Positions 37,784 through 48,800 of a stretch of DNA of 64,000 nucleotides are shown here, piece after piece. The stretch covers positions 372,001-436,000 of the forward strand of contig JASVEC010000011.1 in NCBI GenBank assembly GCA_030770535.1, given 5' to 3'. Numbering within the stretch: position 1 is the first letter of the stretch; every line of letters begins with the position of its first letter. The position numbers were made by a program, and so were the translations under genes. The notes beneath the pieces are model-generated. The model was not told where the DNA came from. It saw nothing but the letters and a program-made list of their open reading frames with translations, and did no database searches. The stretch comes from Batkoa obscura (lineage: Eukaryota).

Positions 37784-38710
37784 ATGAAATTACTTTACTT
37801 TTTACTATCATTAAACTTGATTATTTGCAATACCAATTTAATCAAAAATCAAACCAACGTAATATATAAAGTGATACCCAATGCAAGAGAAAAAACAGGG
37901 TTTCCTGATACAATTGAAAAAAACAGTTTACCAGATGCTAGAGAAAGGACTAGTTTCCCTAATGAGATTGAAAATAGTAATTCGCTTGATGTAATCCAAA
38001 GAAGCAAGGTTTCAACTTTTCAGAAAACTCTTGATTTCCCTGGCCTTGAAGTGAAACCAAAATATCGTTATAGTTGGGTTGCTAGTTTAGAATATGAACA
38101 AAAACATGTATGTTCGGGCACTTTATATCTCGGTAACTTGATAATTACTGCCGCCTCTTGTATAAAAGGTAAGTTGAGTGATTGGCGAGCAAGTAGTAAA
38201 CGTCATGATTTAGATATCTCTGCAGATAAAGAAAAAAGCAAATATTTTGCAGTCAAGTCCACCCATATTCATCCAGAATATGTACCAGCAACTAAAGCGT
38301 ATGATATTTCGATTTGGAAGATAGATGCACCTCAAAGTAATAACAATTTAATAAAATTAGATGATGGACGATGGTCGAATGCAGGTGATTTTTTATTAAC
38401 AGTTATTGGATGGGGAGTTGGTAATAATTATTCCAATTTACAAAGGGAAATCCAAATTAGTATTATCCGAGGGAGTAAATGTCGACCATTACATGAAAAT
38501 TTAGATAATTTTTCTCAGTTTTGTGTTAGTTATCCACAAGGTGCTACCAATTATTGTCAATATGAGCCAGGTGCTCCTATTACTATTTTGAAAAATGGAG
38601 AACTTTTGTTAGTGGGCATCGCGGCCTCGGATGTGTGTATTGATGACAAAAACCCAGGCATCTTTATTAAAGCAGGGGCTTTCATTAAGTTTATTAATAA
38701 TTTTATTTAA
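37784..38710 (+). CDS. Secreted trypsin-fold (S1A) protease homolog, catalytically inactive
   Basis: Signal peptide, HVCSGTL, ITAASC (His replaced by Ser), YDISIWK, TVIGWG, and CQYEPGAP in place of CQGDSGGP. Confidence 0.88.
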   Translation: MKLLYFLLSLNLIICNTNLIKNQTNVIYKVIPNAREKTGFPDTIEKNSLPDARERTSFPNEIENSNSLDVIQRSKVSTFQKTLDFPGLEVKPKYRYSWVASLEYEQKHVCSGTLYLGNLIITAASCIKGKLSDWRASSKRHDLDISADKEKSKYFAVKSTHIHPEYVPATKAYDISIWKIDAPQSNNNLIKLDDGRWSNAGDFLLTVIGWGVGNNYSNLQREIQISIIRGSKCRPLHENLDNFSQFCVSYPQGATNYCQYEPGAPITILKNGELLLVGIAASDVCIDDKNPGIFIKAGAFIKFINNFI

Positions 38711-39350
38711 CTTTTGAAAGACTACATGGCACAAATTATTATGTTAAGATGGATTATGTTTTGTATCCATGATATGGACGTTTACTTATAAACGTGTTTT
38801 TTATTTGTTATTAAATAGTAATAAAATTTCAAATTATAATGAATTGAAATTCTTGGATTTAGTATTCTTTGATGAAATTGTCTATTTTAAAGCTTCTAAA
38901 GGGTTAAAATTAATAGCTTATTTTCAATTAAAAGTATCAAAAATAATAGTGTTTTAGTTAAGCAATTGTAAGGGTTATATATAAAAGAATTGAAATCAAA
39001 ATCAAAATAATTGACAATAAACTTTAAAGATTTTAATTTTAATTTATTTAATATTTTTATCTAATTTTAATTTTAATATTATTAAACATCCATAAAATCT
39101 ACTATTTCTTTGAATATCTGAAGTATGAAATTTTAACTGAAAATTAAAAATTTAGTAGCTGTTTGCTAAGTCAATCAAAATAAATGGAAATTTACTTCGG
39201 ATTTTAAAAAAAATCTAGATTTGATGTTTATGCTAAGGATTAAGGAGTTGGGACTAAAAGGGGTAGTGAAAGAAGTATATAAGCATTCGGATATAAAAAA
39301 AGCGGCAATAATAAAATTATTATTTCAATCAAGTTTAATATCAATATAAG

Positions 39351-40793
39351 ATGTGGTATAGTATTAACGAGCTACCGTTGAAAGTGATTATCAAAATCTT
39401 TTTAAAATTAGATATAAAAACAATTATCAAAGTCAGCAATATAAATAATAAAAAATTAAATTTAATAATTAAATCTCAATTATTTTGGAAACAAAAGATA
39501 CGCATCGATTTTCCTTGGTTTAATAGTAATTCATTTAGAATTAAAGAATATAAGTTATTATATATTTATAAATTATTGTGGAAAAATGAAATGATTGGAA
39601 TGGGCGAAAATAAATTTGGTAGTTTAGGTACCTTGGAACTAGGTAAGTTAATAATTAATAATTTATAATAGTATGTTTTTTTATATTATTTAATTGATTC
39701 TTTAGGTAAACAATATTATAAATTAGATTCTATAAATTACAATTTAAAATTTGATTATGGTAAATATTATTCCATTATAAAATTCAATAATTATCGATAT
39801 TATTATTTTGGATGTATAAATAGTAATAATATTGTTGAAAATAAAATGAATTTACCAGTTTGTATTAATCATTTATTTAAAAATCAAATAATAATAGATT
39901 ATTCTTGTGGAAGTGGACATTGTTTATTTAAAAATAATAAGAATGAATTATATTTATTAAAAGATTTAACAGAGATGATAATACCCATTCAATTTGATAT
40001 AAAATATCATCAAATTAATCAATTTCATAGTAATTTAAATGGTAATTTAATATTGTTAGATAATTTATATTTAATAAGATTTAATTTTAACTTTAATTCC
40101 TCTTATTATTATTATTATAATTTAATATTACCTATATTTGATAAGAAGGAAGTTATTATTAAAATGGATTGTAATAATTATTTCAATATAATATTGACGA
40201 ATCAATATAAATGTTATATTTATTTATTACCTAATTTAAACTATTTAAATAATAATACCAATAATTATGTATTAAATAATAATAATAGTAATTATTATAT
40301 TAATTATATTAAATTAATTAAAGATAAAATTATATTAAATTTAAATTTAAGTAAAAAATTGAATTTAAATATAATAGATATTATATTAAAAGAAGATATA
40401 GTTTATTTATTAACAAATAATAATTTATTAATTTGGATTAGTTTTCAACCATTATTAAAGATATTAGGTAGTATGTGTATTGGTAAATCAAATAGTATTC
40501 AAATTCAAAAAATGTATTTAAATCAAAATAAATTATATTTTTTAACAAAAGAAGGGGAATTAATTAAACTCAATATAATGGATGATAAACAAGTTTATAA
40601 TATGGAATTAAAAAAAATGAATAGTAATTTAATTAAAGAAAATAATAAATATTTTTTAAAATCTTTTAATCAAATTTATCCCAACTTAAATTATGAATTT
40701 GATTCCAATTTATTTATATTAAATTATTATCCAAATCAATTTAATCAATTTTTAAATGTATTAGATTTATCTTTATTACCAAAAATTAATTAA
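39351..40793 (+). CDS. F-box protein with RCC1-like repeats (Saf1/Pof9-like architecture), 2 exons
   Basis: F-box ELPLKVIIKIFLKLD...LFWKQK. Intron 39643-39705 joins the two ORFs in frame. GMGENKFGSLG and IIDYSCGSGHCL are RCC1-like motifs. Confidence 0.72.
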
Positions 40794-41142
40794 TTAACTA
40801 ATGTTATAATATTATAATATTATAATATTTACTTCTAATTTTTTCATCTCTCAGTTAGTTTAGTTTAATTTCTCTTATTTCAATGTCTTTTATTCCTTCC
40901 TTAAGATTCCATCATTGTAATATAATTATAATTGATTTTTACCACTTTATCAAACTATTATTAAATAACCATATTGTCATATTATATGTTCCTTCTAACC
41001 TATTTCATACTTGTATACTTTAATTTTCAATGATAATAATAAACAAAAAAACCATAATTAATATATAATAATAAAAATAAATTAATTTAAAAAAATATAT
41101 TTTATTTAAATTATAAAATATATATATTTATAATTAAGAAAT

Positions 41143-42555
41143 TTAATCATCACCAAAATAAACTTCCATTGCATCACCTCTAGTGTATTCTGATAATTCA
41201 AATATTTGATTTTCTTGACTATCTTTTATTTCTTCGGGTTCTTTTTTATTATCTCCATTATCTTTAGTTATGTTATCTTTTTTTTGAGGTTTTTCTTTCT
41301 TTTTATCCTTTTTATTATCTTTTTTGGGTTTTTCTTTCTTCTGATCTTTATCATTATCTTTTTTAGATTTATCTTTATCACCCTTTTTGCGGTAATTAAT
41401 GTGATTTATGTGTTTAAGATCTTCTCTCCCGTTACTCTCATAAACATGATATTTACGTTCAACATTATTCTTATCATCTTTTTTAGCTTTTTCTTTGACT
41501 GAATTAGGTCTCATTCTACGGAAAGTATGTTTAGTAATATTATTAACATCATTTGAAACTTTTTTAGAAGGTCGATTTTTCACTTCACGAAAGTCGATGT
41601 CAGCAATATCTCCAATATCATCTCTAGCGTTTCCACTCTTATCATTGGTAGTAGCTAAAGGTTCCATTTTACGGTAATTAACATTATCTTCATTATTATC
41701 ATTGTCATCATCAGTTTGAGATTTAGAAATTGCTTCAAGATCATCTCTATCATTATCATATAATAGACCATCGTTATCTTTATAACTTGAATGTTGAGTT
41801 TTTTTCTTATCATTTGTAGCATCTAATTGTTTATTATTCTTATAATCAATGACATTAAATTCAAGATCTTTTATATCTTTTCTAGTCTCTGTCATTTTTC
41901 CTTTATTTTTATTATATTGCTTACTAAACTTTTTTGAATCACCATCAGTAACAACTCTAGGTCTTTTATTTGATAATGATGCTTGAAAATTTGAATTATT
42001 AGATTCATCAAAATGCTCTGAATTGTAAAGATAATCAATATCTTGTTTAGAAGTAAAAGCATCACTTGTTTGGGTGTTATCTTGATTTTCAGTCTCATTA
42101 ATATCAAGCTTCTTTTTTTTCCCCTTTCCTTTGCCAGATTCATTCAGTCCAGGAGTTTTATAATTCCCACCTTTAAGAATACCTTTACAATGACTAGCCT
42201 CAACTTTTTCCCATTTGGCATCAAATCTTCCAGTATTAATACCAAATAATTGAATAAATGATTTTTTATTTAAATCTAATCCAAAGCCACCTTTATCTAC
42301 TGCCATAACATAAACAAATTTACCATTTTTTGCAGTAACTTTTAAACATGCACCACACTCATTTAAAGTTAAAGATTGAACTGCAGTGATTCTATTGATA
42401 TCCATATGACTACCTTTATAACCACAGAATACACGATTGGTATCTAAACGAGGTAGATCAACATCATAGTAATGAGTACTGATTTTCGCCTTCCCAGAAG
42501 TGCCACAGGTAACGAGGGTGATTAAATAAGTTAATAAAATTAAGTTTAAATTCAT
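41143..42555 (-). CDS. Secreted DPBB (expansin/cerato-platanin-like) protein with charged repeat tail, copy 1
   Basis: Signal peptide MNLNLILLTYLITLVTC, then FCGY...TAV...CGACLKV...VYVMAVDKGGFGLDLN..SFIQLF...WEKV...C, then a K/D/N/R-rich tail. Confidence 0.85.
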   Translation of the reverse strand: MNLNLILLTYLITLVTCGTSGKAKISTHYYDVDLPRLDTNRVFCGYKGSHMDINRITAVQSLTLNECGACLKVTAKNGKFVYVMAVDKGGFGLDLNKKSFIQLFGINTGRFDAKWEKVEASHCKGILKGGNYKTPGLNESGKGKGKKKKLDINETENQDNTQTSDAFTSKQDIDYLYNSEHFDESNNSNFQASLSNKRPRVVTDGDSKKFSKQYNKNKGKMTETRKDIKDLEFNVIDYKNNKQLDATNDKKKTQHSSYKDNDGLLYDNDRDDLEAISKSQTDDDNDNNEDNVNYRKMEPLATTNDKSGNARDDIGDIADIDFREVKNRPSKKVSNDVNNITKHTFRRMRPNSVKEKAKKDDKNNVERKYHVYESNGREDLKHINHINYRKKGDKDKSKKDNDKDQKKEKPKKDNKKDKKKEKPQKKDNITKDNGDNKKEPEEIKDSQENQIFELSEYTRGDAMEVYFGDD

Positions 42556-43295
42556 TCTTGAGTTACTCACAGAGTTTAAGTTCTATTTGTATAAAATTTC
42601 GATTTAGTCATTTTATATAGTATTGTTTTATTGTTTTATTGTTTTATTCAAAAATGTGATTATTTGATTTTGTATGTTCTATATACAACCATAGCATACT
42701 ACCATTTCTATATTTGAATTTGATATTCATTTAACTACTGAAAGTTAATAAAATTTTAATTAATTATTCTACTTTTAAATCAGTTGATTTTTCTTCTTTT
42801 GAAATTTTATATTTTTGAGCTGTTTACTTTTTTTTGAATTTATAAGTGAATTGAAATTGAATAAATTAATTAATTATGATTTTGAATAAATGTCGCTTAC
42901 CTTTTATGAAAATCGTTAAATTTTTAAATTGGGATTGAAATATATAAAAGCAATGACTAATTGAACTATCAATTTACTATCAATGGATTAGATGATATAT
43001 GGTATAAAAAAAGTATTTATTGTGTAATTGTCAATATGGCAAATGTTAATAGAAAACTGAAGAATTTATCAAAGGGGTTATTAGGATAGAATGGCGTTAT
43101 AATAGGATGATAGAATAAGATTGTAAAGAATAAACAGTGATTAATTGAGGAAGTTACAAATTCAAGTTATTTAAAAAGCATTCGCGTTATTGAGAAAACT
43201 TGATTTGAAACATTGAAATTAATTATTTTTATTTCGACATTAATAAAAAAATAGAAAGAGTGACAAATCGACTCACTTTTTGAATTCCACTATGT

Positions 43296-43493
43296 GGGGG
43301 TGTTTTTTTTGGCTTCATTTTTTCCGTTTCTTAAGTGCTATTTGGGGATGTTTTTTTTGTTTAAGAATTTTACTAACAATTTTTCCACTCAAATAGTGTC
43401 TAAAAGATGGAAAAAGTGATGAAACCAAAAAAAACATCCCCATTTGAGTGGAAAAATTGTTAGCAAAATCCCCAAACAAAAAAATATATCCTC
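43296..43493 (-). mobile_element. MITE (TSD ATGT) containing a second MITE 43344..43441 (TSD ATTT) in opposite orientation
   Basis: Both pairs of termini and both TSDs read directly. Confidence 0.88.
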
Positions 43494-43619
43494 ATGTTTG
43501 AATATTAAAAACAAAGAAAACCAAAATATTTGAATAATATTAACCAGAAAATTATAAGTTCATGATTGTTCCAAGTAAAAAAGAATGAATCAATTGAAAT
43601 CCAACATGGACACTTTTAC

Positions 43620-44550
43620 TTATCTACAACTAATTTTTTTAATCAAACACTTGACCTCATTAACAATACCAGTATGTAAAGTAAGTACTAACAAAGTACT
43701 AAAAATCATACCCAAAATAAATAAAAAGGCAGCAACTGAATTGAATATTGAAGCATATATAAAATAATCATCAAATTTATATTTCAATGTTGATTCACAA
43801 AATAAACAAATAAGTGAACCTAACATACATGTACCATGAATAAATAAAATTGAATAAACCTTAATAATTGCTTTTTTAAAACCTTGAAGTCGATTACTAC
43901 TTATTTCAATAGTCGATTACGATCCTAAACTCATTATTTGTTTAAATTCACTAATTTCATTTGCTATACAATAATAGGAATAAGTTAAAAATCTAACGCC
44001 AATAAAACAACTCAATAGACAATAATGGTAACCAAATGAAGCCAATATACTATTAGTAACGTTTAGTAAACGACTTGCTTTTACCGAAGAAATTATAAAT
44101 GAATTGGTTGCAGCACAGATAATTAATAAAATTATAAAAAGGATTAAATTAATTATTATAGAATAATAAATGTAATTAAATAAATCAATGTTTTTGGTTT
44201 TGGTTAATCTTTCCATGGCTACTAAAGAACCTAATATAATTTCACTTTGATAAGTAAAATAATATTATAAATCCATAAAGGGTACAACTATATTGGTTTT
44301 CAATTAATCTTTTTTCATAAATTAAATAACACGTGAAACCGAATAATACAATAATTTGGCAAGATACTCTAAAGCAGCTATTATTATAGTTAGTTTGATA
44401 TCGTTCTCTTTAATCGATAATTTGCAAAATAAATTAAAAATGAATTGCTTACTAAACATATAGATGTTATACAGATACCTACTAAATAGAATGGACCAAA
44501 GATATACATTAAGGTTAGATTAAGCAATTATGTTAAATTAATATTCCAAC
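43620..44550 (-). pseudogene. Decayed class-A (rhodopsin-like) 7TM GPCR
   Basis: Across frameshifts: TM1 FYLVGICITSICLVSNSFLIY, TM2 DIKLTIIIAALE, TM3 YSCTLYGF...SEIILGSLVAMER, TM5 ...FLTYSYYCIA. An in-frame TAA at 43917-19 precedes TM6/7 (KVYSILFIHGTCMLG...IFSTLLVLTLH). Confidence 0.65.
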
Positions 44551-44557
44551 TCTATAT

Positions 44558-44656
44558 GGGGATGTATTTTTTCGTTTAAGAATTTTATTAACAATCTTTC
44601 CGTTTAAATAGTGCTTGAAAAGTGGAAAAAGTAATGAAACCAAAAAAAACATCACC
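44558..44656 (+). mobile_element. ~98-bp Sola-related MITE
   Basis: Family consensus, ATAT TSD. Confidence 0.85.
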
Positions 44657-45101
44657 ATATAGTACAGTTTAATATTAACTTTGGAGTATTGTATAAAAGT
44701 AAATTGCTTTATTATTGTATTAAATGTTCAATTTTAGTGGGTTGTTTTGAACTTTCTATTCCACTTCCTTTACCATAATGTATTTACTTTATTAAATGCC
44801 ATTGATTTAATTTCAACTGAAATTGATTCTATTTTGTAGAATATTATTGATTGAAGTCATTTTCTAATATCAATATTATAGCTTAATTTCATTATTATTT
44901 GTTACATCTGTAAACATAAATCTAACAGCATCAGCTAACAAAATAAGGTTATATCTTAGTTCTATAACCTCCATTAAACGATTTGACTTTCAAGTTTTGT
45001 CCACTCACACAACTGCAAGTAAAAAGTTTTAAGGGTATTTACAAACAAATTATGCATTAAAGTAGCTTAATAGCTGTATATTATAAATATTTTTGCCTAA
45101 A

Positions 45102-45264
45102 TTACACCTTTTTGAAATATATATAAAGCTCTGATAGTTAGCAATTACAAGTAGGAAAATTCCAAAAACTAAGCAAAATACTAGGGATTTATAGTACTTT
45201 GTTTAGTTTTTTTGCTTACAGTTGCTACCTATCGAAGTTTTATACATTTCTCAAAAAGGTACAA
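45102..45264. repeat. ~160-bp imperfect palindrome (foldback)
   Basis: ACCTTTTTGAAAT...GATAGTTAGCAA...AAAAACTAAGCAAAATACTA pairs with TAGTACTTTGTTTAGTTTTT...TTGCTACCTATC...ATTTCTCAAAAAGGT. Confidence 0.65.
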
Positions 45265-45724
45265 TATAAAATATAATATGGAGTTGGTTTATTATGTAAT
45301 ACAATTTGTTACCATCGAAATTACTGGTGTCAATTCAATTTGATTCAAAATTTAAAGTGTCTATATACACTTTAATGTTGTAAAAAACTATTGGGATTTT
45401 ATTATGCTCTTTTACATACAATGTAAGTTCAAACTATCCCAAAACTTCAAGCAGCTTTAAAGATCAAGTCTCAACCAGTAATCGTAAAATCGAATTTGTT
45501 ATTGTTTTATCGTGTGAATTTAATTCCACTTTATTTCTGTTAATATAATTTTTAAATTAGTTAAATTTCATAAAGTATTTTACGTTGAAATTTAATACTA
45601 GAAATTGTTAACTATTAATATTCTATAGTATAATAACAAAGGGTAGTTTCGGAACAAAATATTAAAGAATGAATTTTTATTTTAAATTTTATAAATAATC
45701 CATATTTATAAATAAAAATAGTAA

Positions 45725-47458
45725 TTATGGATAAATATCTTCCATGTCTCTTCTTGTATAACCAACTATTTTATCATCGTTTTTGATAGCATTTATTCTT
45801 CTGTTACTATCTTTTTTGGAGGGCTTATCATGTTGTTTATCTTTTTCATCTTTTTTCTGAGGTTTATCTTGTTGTTTGCCATTGTTACTTTTTTTACGAT
45901 AGCTAATATTGATAATATCATTAAGATCATCAACACTGTTACCTTCTCTTGCAAAGTTTTCAGGTTGATTATTATCTTCATTGATCTTATTTTTTTTAGT
46001 TTTTTCTTTGAATGAATTGGGTCTCACTTTACGAAAACTAAATTCACTGATATCATCAATATCATTTCTAACAAGTTCTTTTCGGGAATTGTTAATATTA
46101 AAGGGCTTAATTTGACGAAAATTAATATCATTATCGTTATCATTAAATTCACTGAATTTTCTAACATCATGTCGTCCATTTTTGGAGGGACGATTATGGA
46201 TCTTACGATAATTAACATCATCCTTATCTTCCTCTTCTTCTTCTTCACCATGTTTTTCAAAGCGCCTAAGATCATCTCTGCCGTTACCTCTTATGGTGGT
46301 GAAAGTAGTAGGAAGAAACTCTTTAGTACCCTTATGATTCTGATTTTTTGGTTTCTTTAAATCCTTTTTGTTATTGTGATGTTTTTCAGATTTTGATTTT
46401 TCTTTTCTAAACTCAAAATCAAAATCTTCAATATCGTTTCGGACATTCCCTCGAATTTCATTGGTAATTTTTAATGGTTGGATTTTACGATAATCAACTT
46501 TATAGGAGTTATCAATCTTTTCAGAATCTCTTCTTTTTAAACTCCTTCTATAAGGATCTTTGATATCTCTTCTAGTATCGGTAAGTTCCTCTCCATCCTT
46601 GTTTCTGCCTTGAAGATTAGCACTATTCAAATTCTTATCACTGATAACTTCTGGTTTTCTTTCTTTTGGATTGTGTTTCATTTTTCGAAAATTGTGATCT
46701 TCGAAAAAATCTGAGTCATAAAGATATTTAATATCTTCTTTAGATGTAGGAATAACACGATATTTTATGGCTTCATTATCATCATCATCATCATTAATTT
46801 CTTGGATATCGCTTCTGGTTTTACTATTCTTCTTTTTTCTAAAATCAACAGAGTTGGAATATTGAGAATTATAAAAATCATCTATATCATCTCTAGATCT
46901 ACCTTGTCGGAAGTTAATATCATCATTAATAGCTCCAATTTCATTAATATCGCTTACGGTATGATGTCTACCAGCTTCAAGGATCTTTATAGGGGATTTG
47001 GATTCAACATTATCATCTCCCTTCTTTCCTTTTTTACCAGATCCATTCAGTCCAGGAGTTTTATAATTCCCACCTTTAAGAATACCTTTACAATGACTAG
47101 CCTCAACTTTTTCCCATTTGGCATCAAATCTTCCAGTATTAATACCAAATAATTGAATAAATGATTTTTTATTTAAATCTAATCCAAAGCCACCTTTATC
47201 TACTGCCATAACATAAACAAATTTACCATTTTTTGCAGTAACTTTTAAACATGCACCACACTCATTTAAAGTTAAAGATTGAACTGCAGTGATTCTATTG
47301 ATATCCATATGACTACCTTTATAACCACAGAATACACGATTGGTATCTAAACGAGGTAGATCAACATCATAGTAATGAGTACTGATTTTCGCCTTCCCAG
47401 AAGTGCCACAGGTAACGAGGGTGATTAAATAAGTTAATGAAATTAAGTTTAAATTCAT
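45725..47458 (-). CDS. Secreted DPBB protein with charged repeat tail, copy 2
   Basis: N-terminal domain essentially identical to copy 1; about 10 RxD(I/L)...(I/V/F)x(F/Y)R units in the tail. Confidence 0.85.
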   Translation of the reverse strand: MNLNLISLTYLITLVTCGTSGKAKISTHYYDVDLPRLDTNRVFCGYKGSHMDINRITAVQSLTLNECGACLKVTAKNGKFVYVMAVDKGGFGLDLNKKSFIQLFGINTGRFDAKWEKVEASHCKGILKGGNYKTPGLNGSGKKGKKGDDNVESKSPIKILEAGRHHTVSDINEIGAINDDINFRQGRSRDDIDDFYNSQYSNSVDFRKKKNSKTRSDIQEINDDDDDNEAIKYRVIPTSKEDIKYLYDSDFFEDHNFRKMKHNPKERKPEVISDKNLNSANLQGRNKDGEELTDTRRDIKDPYRRSLKRRDSEKIDNSYKVDYRKIQPLKITNEIRGNVRNDIEDFDFEFRKEKSKSEKHHNNKKDLKKPKNQNHKGTKEFLPTTFTTIRGNGRDDLRRFEKHGEEEEEEDKDDVNYRKIHNRPSKNGRHDVRKFSEFNDNDNDINFRQIKPFNINNSRKELVRNDIDDISEFSFRKVRPNSFKEKTKKNKINEDNNQPENFAREGNSVDDLNDIINISYRKKSNNGKQQDKPQKKDEKDKQHDKPSKKDSNRRINAIKNDDKIVGYTRRDMEDIYP

Positions 47459-48019
47459 TCTTGAGTTACTCACAGAGTTTCAATTAATATTTTAAATGAG
47501 AAATTTCGATGGAGTTAGTTTTTATATAGTGTGATTTTTATGACTGAAATGACTAAGTATTCTTTATTGTTTTATTTAATTATAAGAGTTCCATATTGTA
47601 TCATAACATACCACTTTTTCTATATTTAAATTTAACATTCATTCAACTATTGAAATCCAATATATTTGATTTATTATATGCTCTTGATAATTTTAGTTTT
47701 TACTAAATTTAGAAATTATTTTTATGAAGTTAATTCTATTTTTTACATTATTAGAACACTTCTAAAAATAAATTAATAAATTAAATATAAGGTTATAATA
47801 AATATTATCTGCCTTGTTTGGTAATTATAAAAATAACATAAATTGTAATTTGAAATATGAATAAATGAATGATAATGAACGATAATTCTAGTTTGCTATC
47901 AGATAATATATTTTCTTAAAATATAATCAGAAGGGTTAACTGTATGATTAAAATAAAGTAGACGTCAATGCAATTTTACAAATTTAAACAGGCTTTTGGG
48001 ATAGATTAATATTATAATA

Positions 48020-48376
48020 CAGTAAAGCCAGAAATATTGGCTTACTTAAAATACCTTTCATCATATTTTGAAAACTGATTAATTTTGGCTAAAAATTAAT
48101 CATTGTGATTTACCCAAAACTATTTGTACATATGGGGGTGTTTTTTTGGCTTCATTATTTTTTCCATTTTTTAAGCGCTATTTGATTGAAAAAATTGTTA
48201 GTAAAATTCCTAAACATAAAAATACATCCCCATATATTGATATTGATATTGATATTGTATTATCAACTATTTAAATTGATTGATTTATCCAATTAAATTT
48301 AACTATGTTCAGGTAGTTATTATTTAGAATGTGATGAAAAGTTTTTCAAGTAAGCCAATATTTTCCAGCTTTACTG
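48020..48376. mobile_element. Tc1/pogo-type non-autonomous element (TA TSD) with a Sola MITE nested inside
   Basis: TA|CAGTAAAGCCAGAAATATTGGCTTACTT ... AAGTAAGCCAATATTTTCCAGCTTTACTG|TA. Confidence 0.75.
48134..48231 (-). mobile_element. ~98-bp Sola-related MITE
   Basis: GGGGGTGT...ACATCCCC, ATAT TSD. Confidence 0.88.
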
Positions 48377-48800
48377 TAATAGAATTGGATAATAGAAGTA
48401 GAGGTTAGTTAAAAATAGGTCATAAATTGAACCTATTTAAATGTTCACTTTTTCAAGGATAGAAATTACTTATATAGGATTTAAATAGTTATTCTATAAC
48501 GATTTTTATTATTCTAAAACTTAATATGGCGCTATTAGCTCGATGTATTATCTTTTGATTCAATTTAGATTATTTGAATGAGTATAATCTAATAATTGGA
48601 AGCCTATATCTAATTAATACTAATAAAATAAAACCGTTTACTAAACAACAGCCAACAGTTTTAAAATATATAATAAAATAACTTATCTTTAATAGCTAAC
48701 TCTTTAAATATTATAGTATTTTCATACTAATTAAGTTTATAAAATATAAAAAAGAATCATTTAATTACAAATAATCTATATTTATAAATAAAAATAGTAA

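Noticed and set aside
42556..47473. GTG-initiated MSNSR extensions of DPBB copies 1 and 2 in the ORF track
   Set aside because: In a eukaryote the downstream ATG (MNLNL) matches copy 3 and begins the signal peptide.
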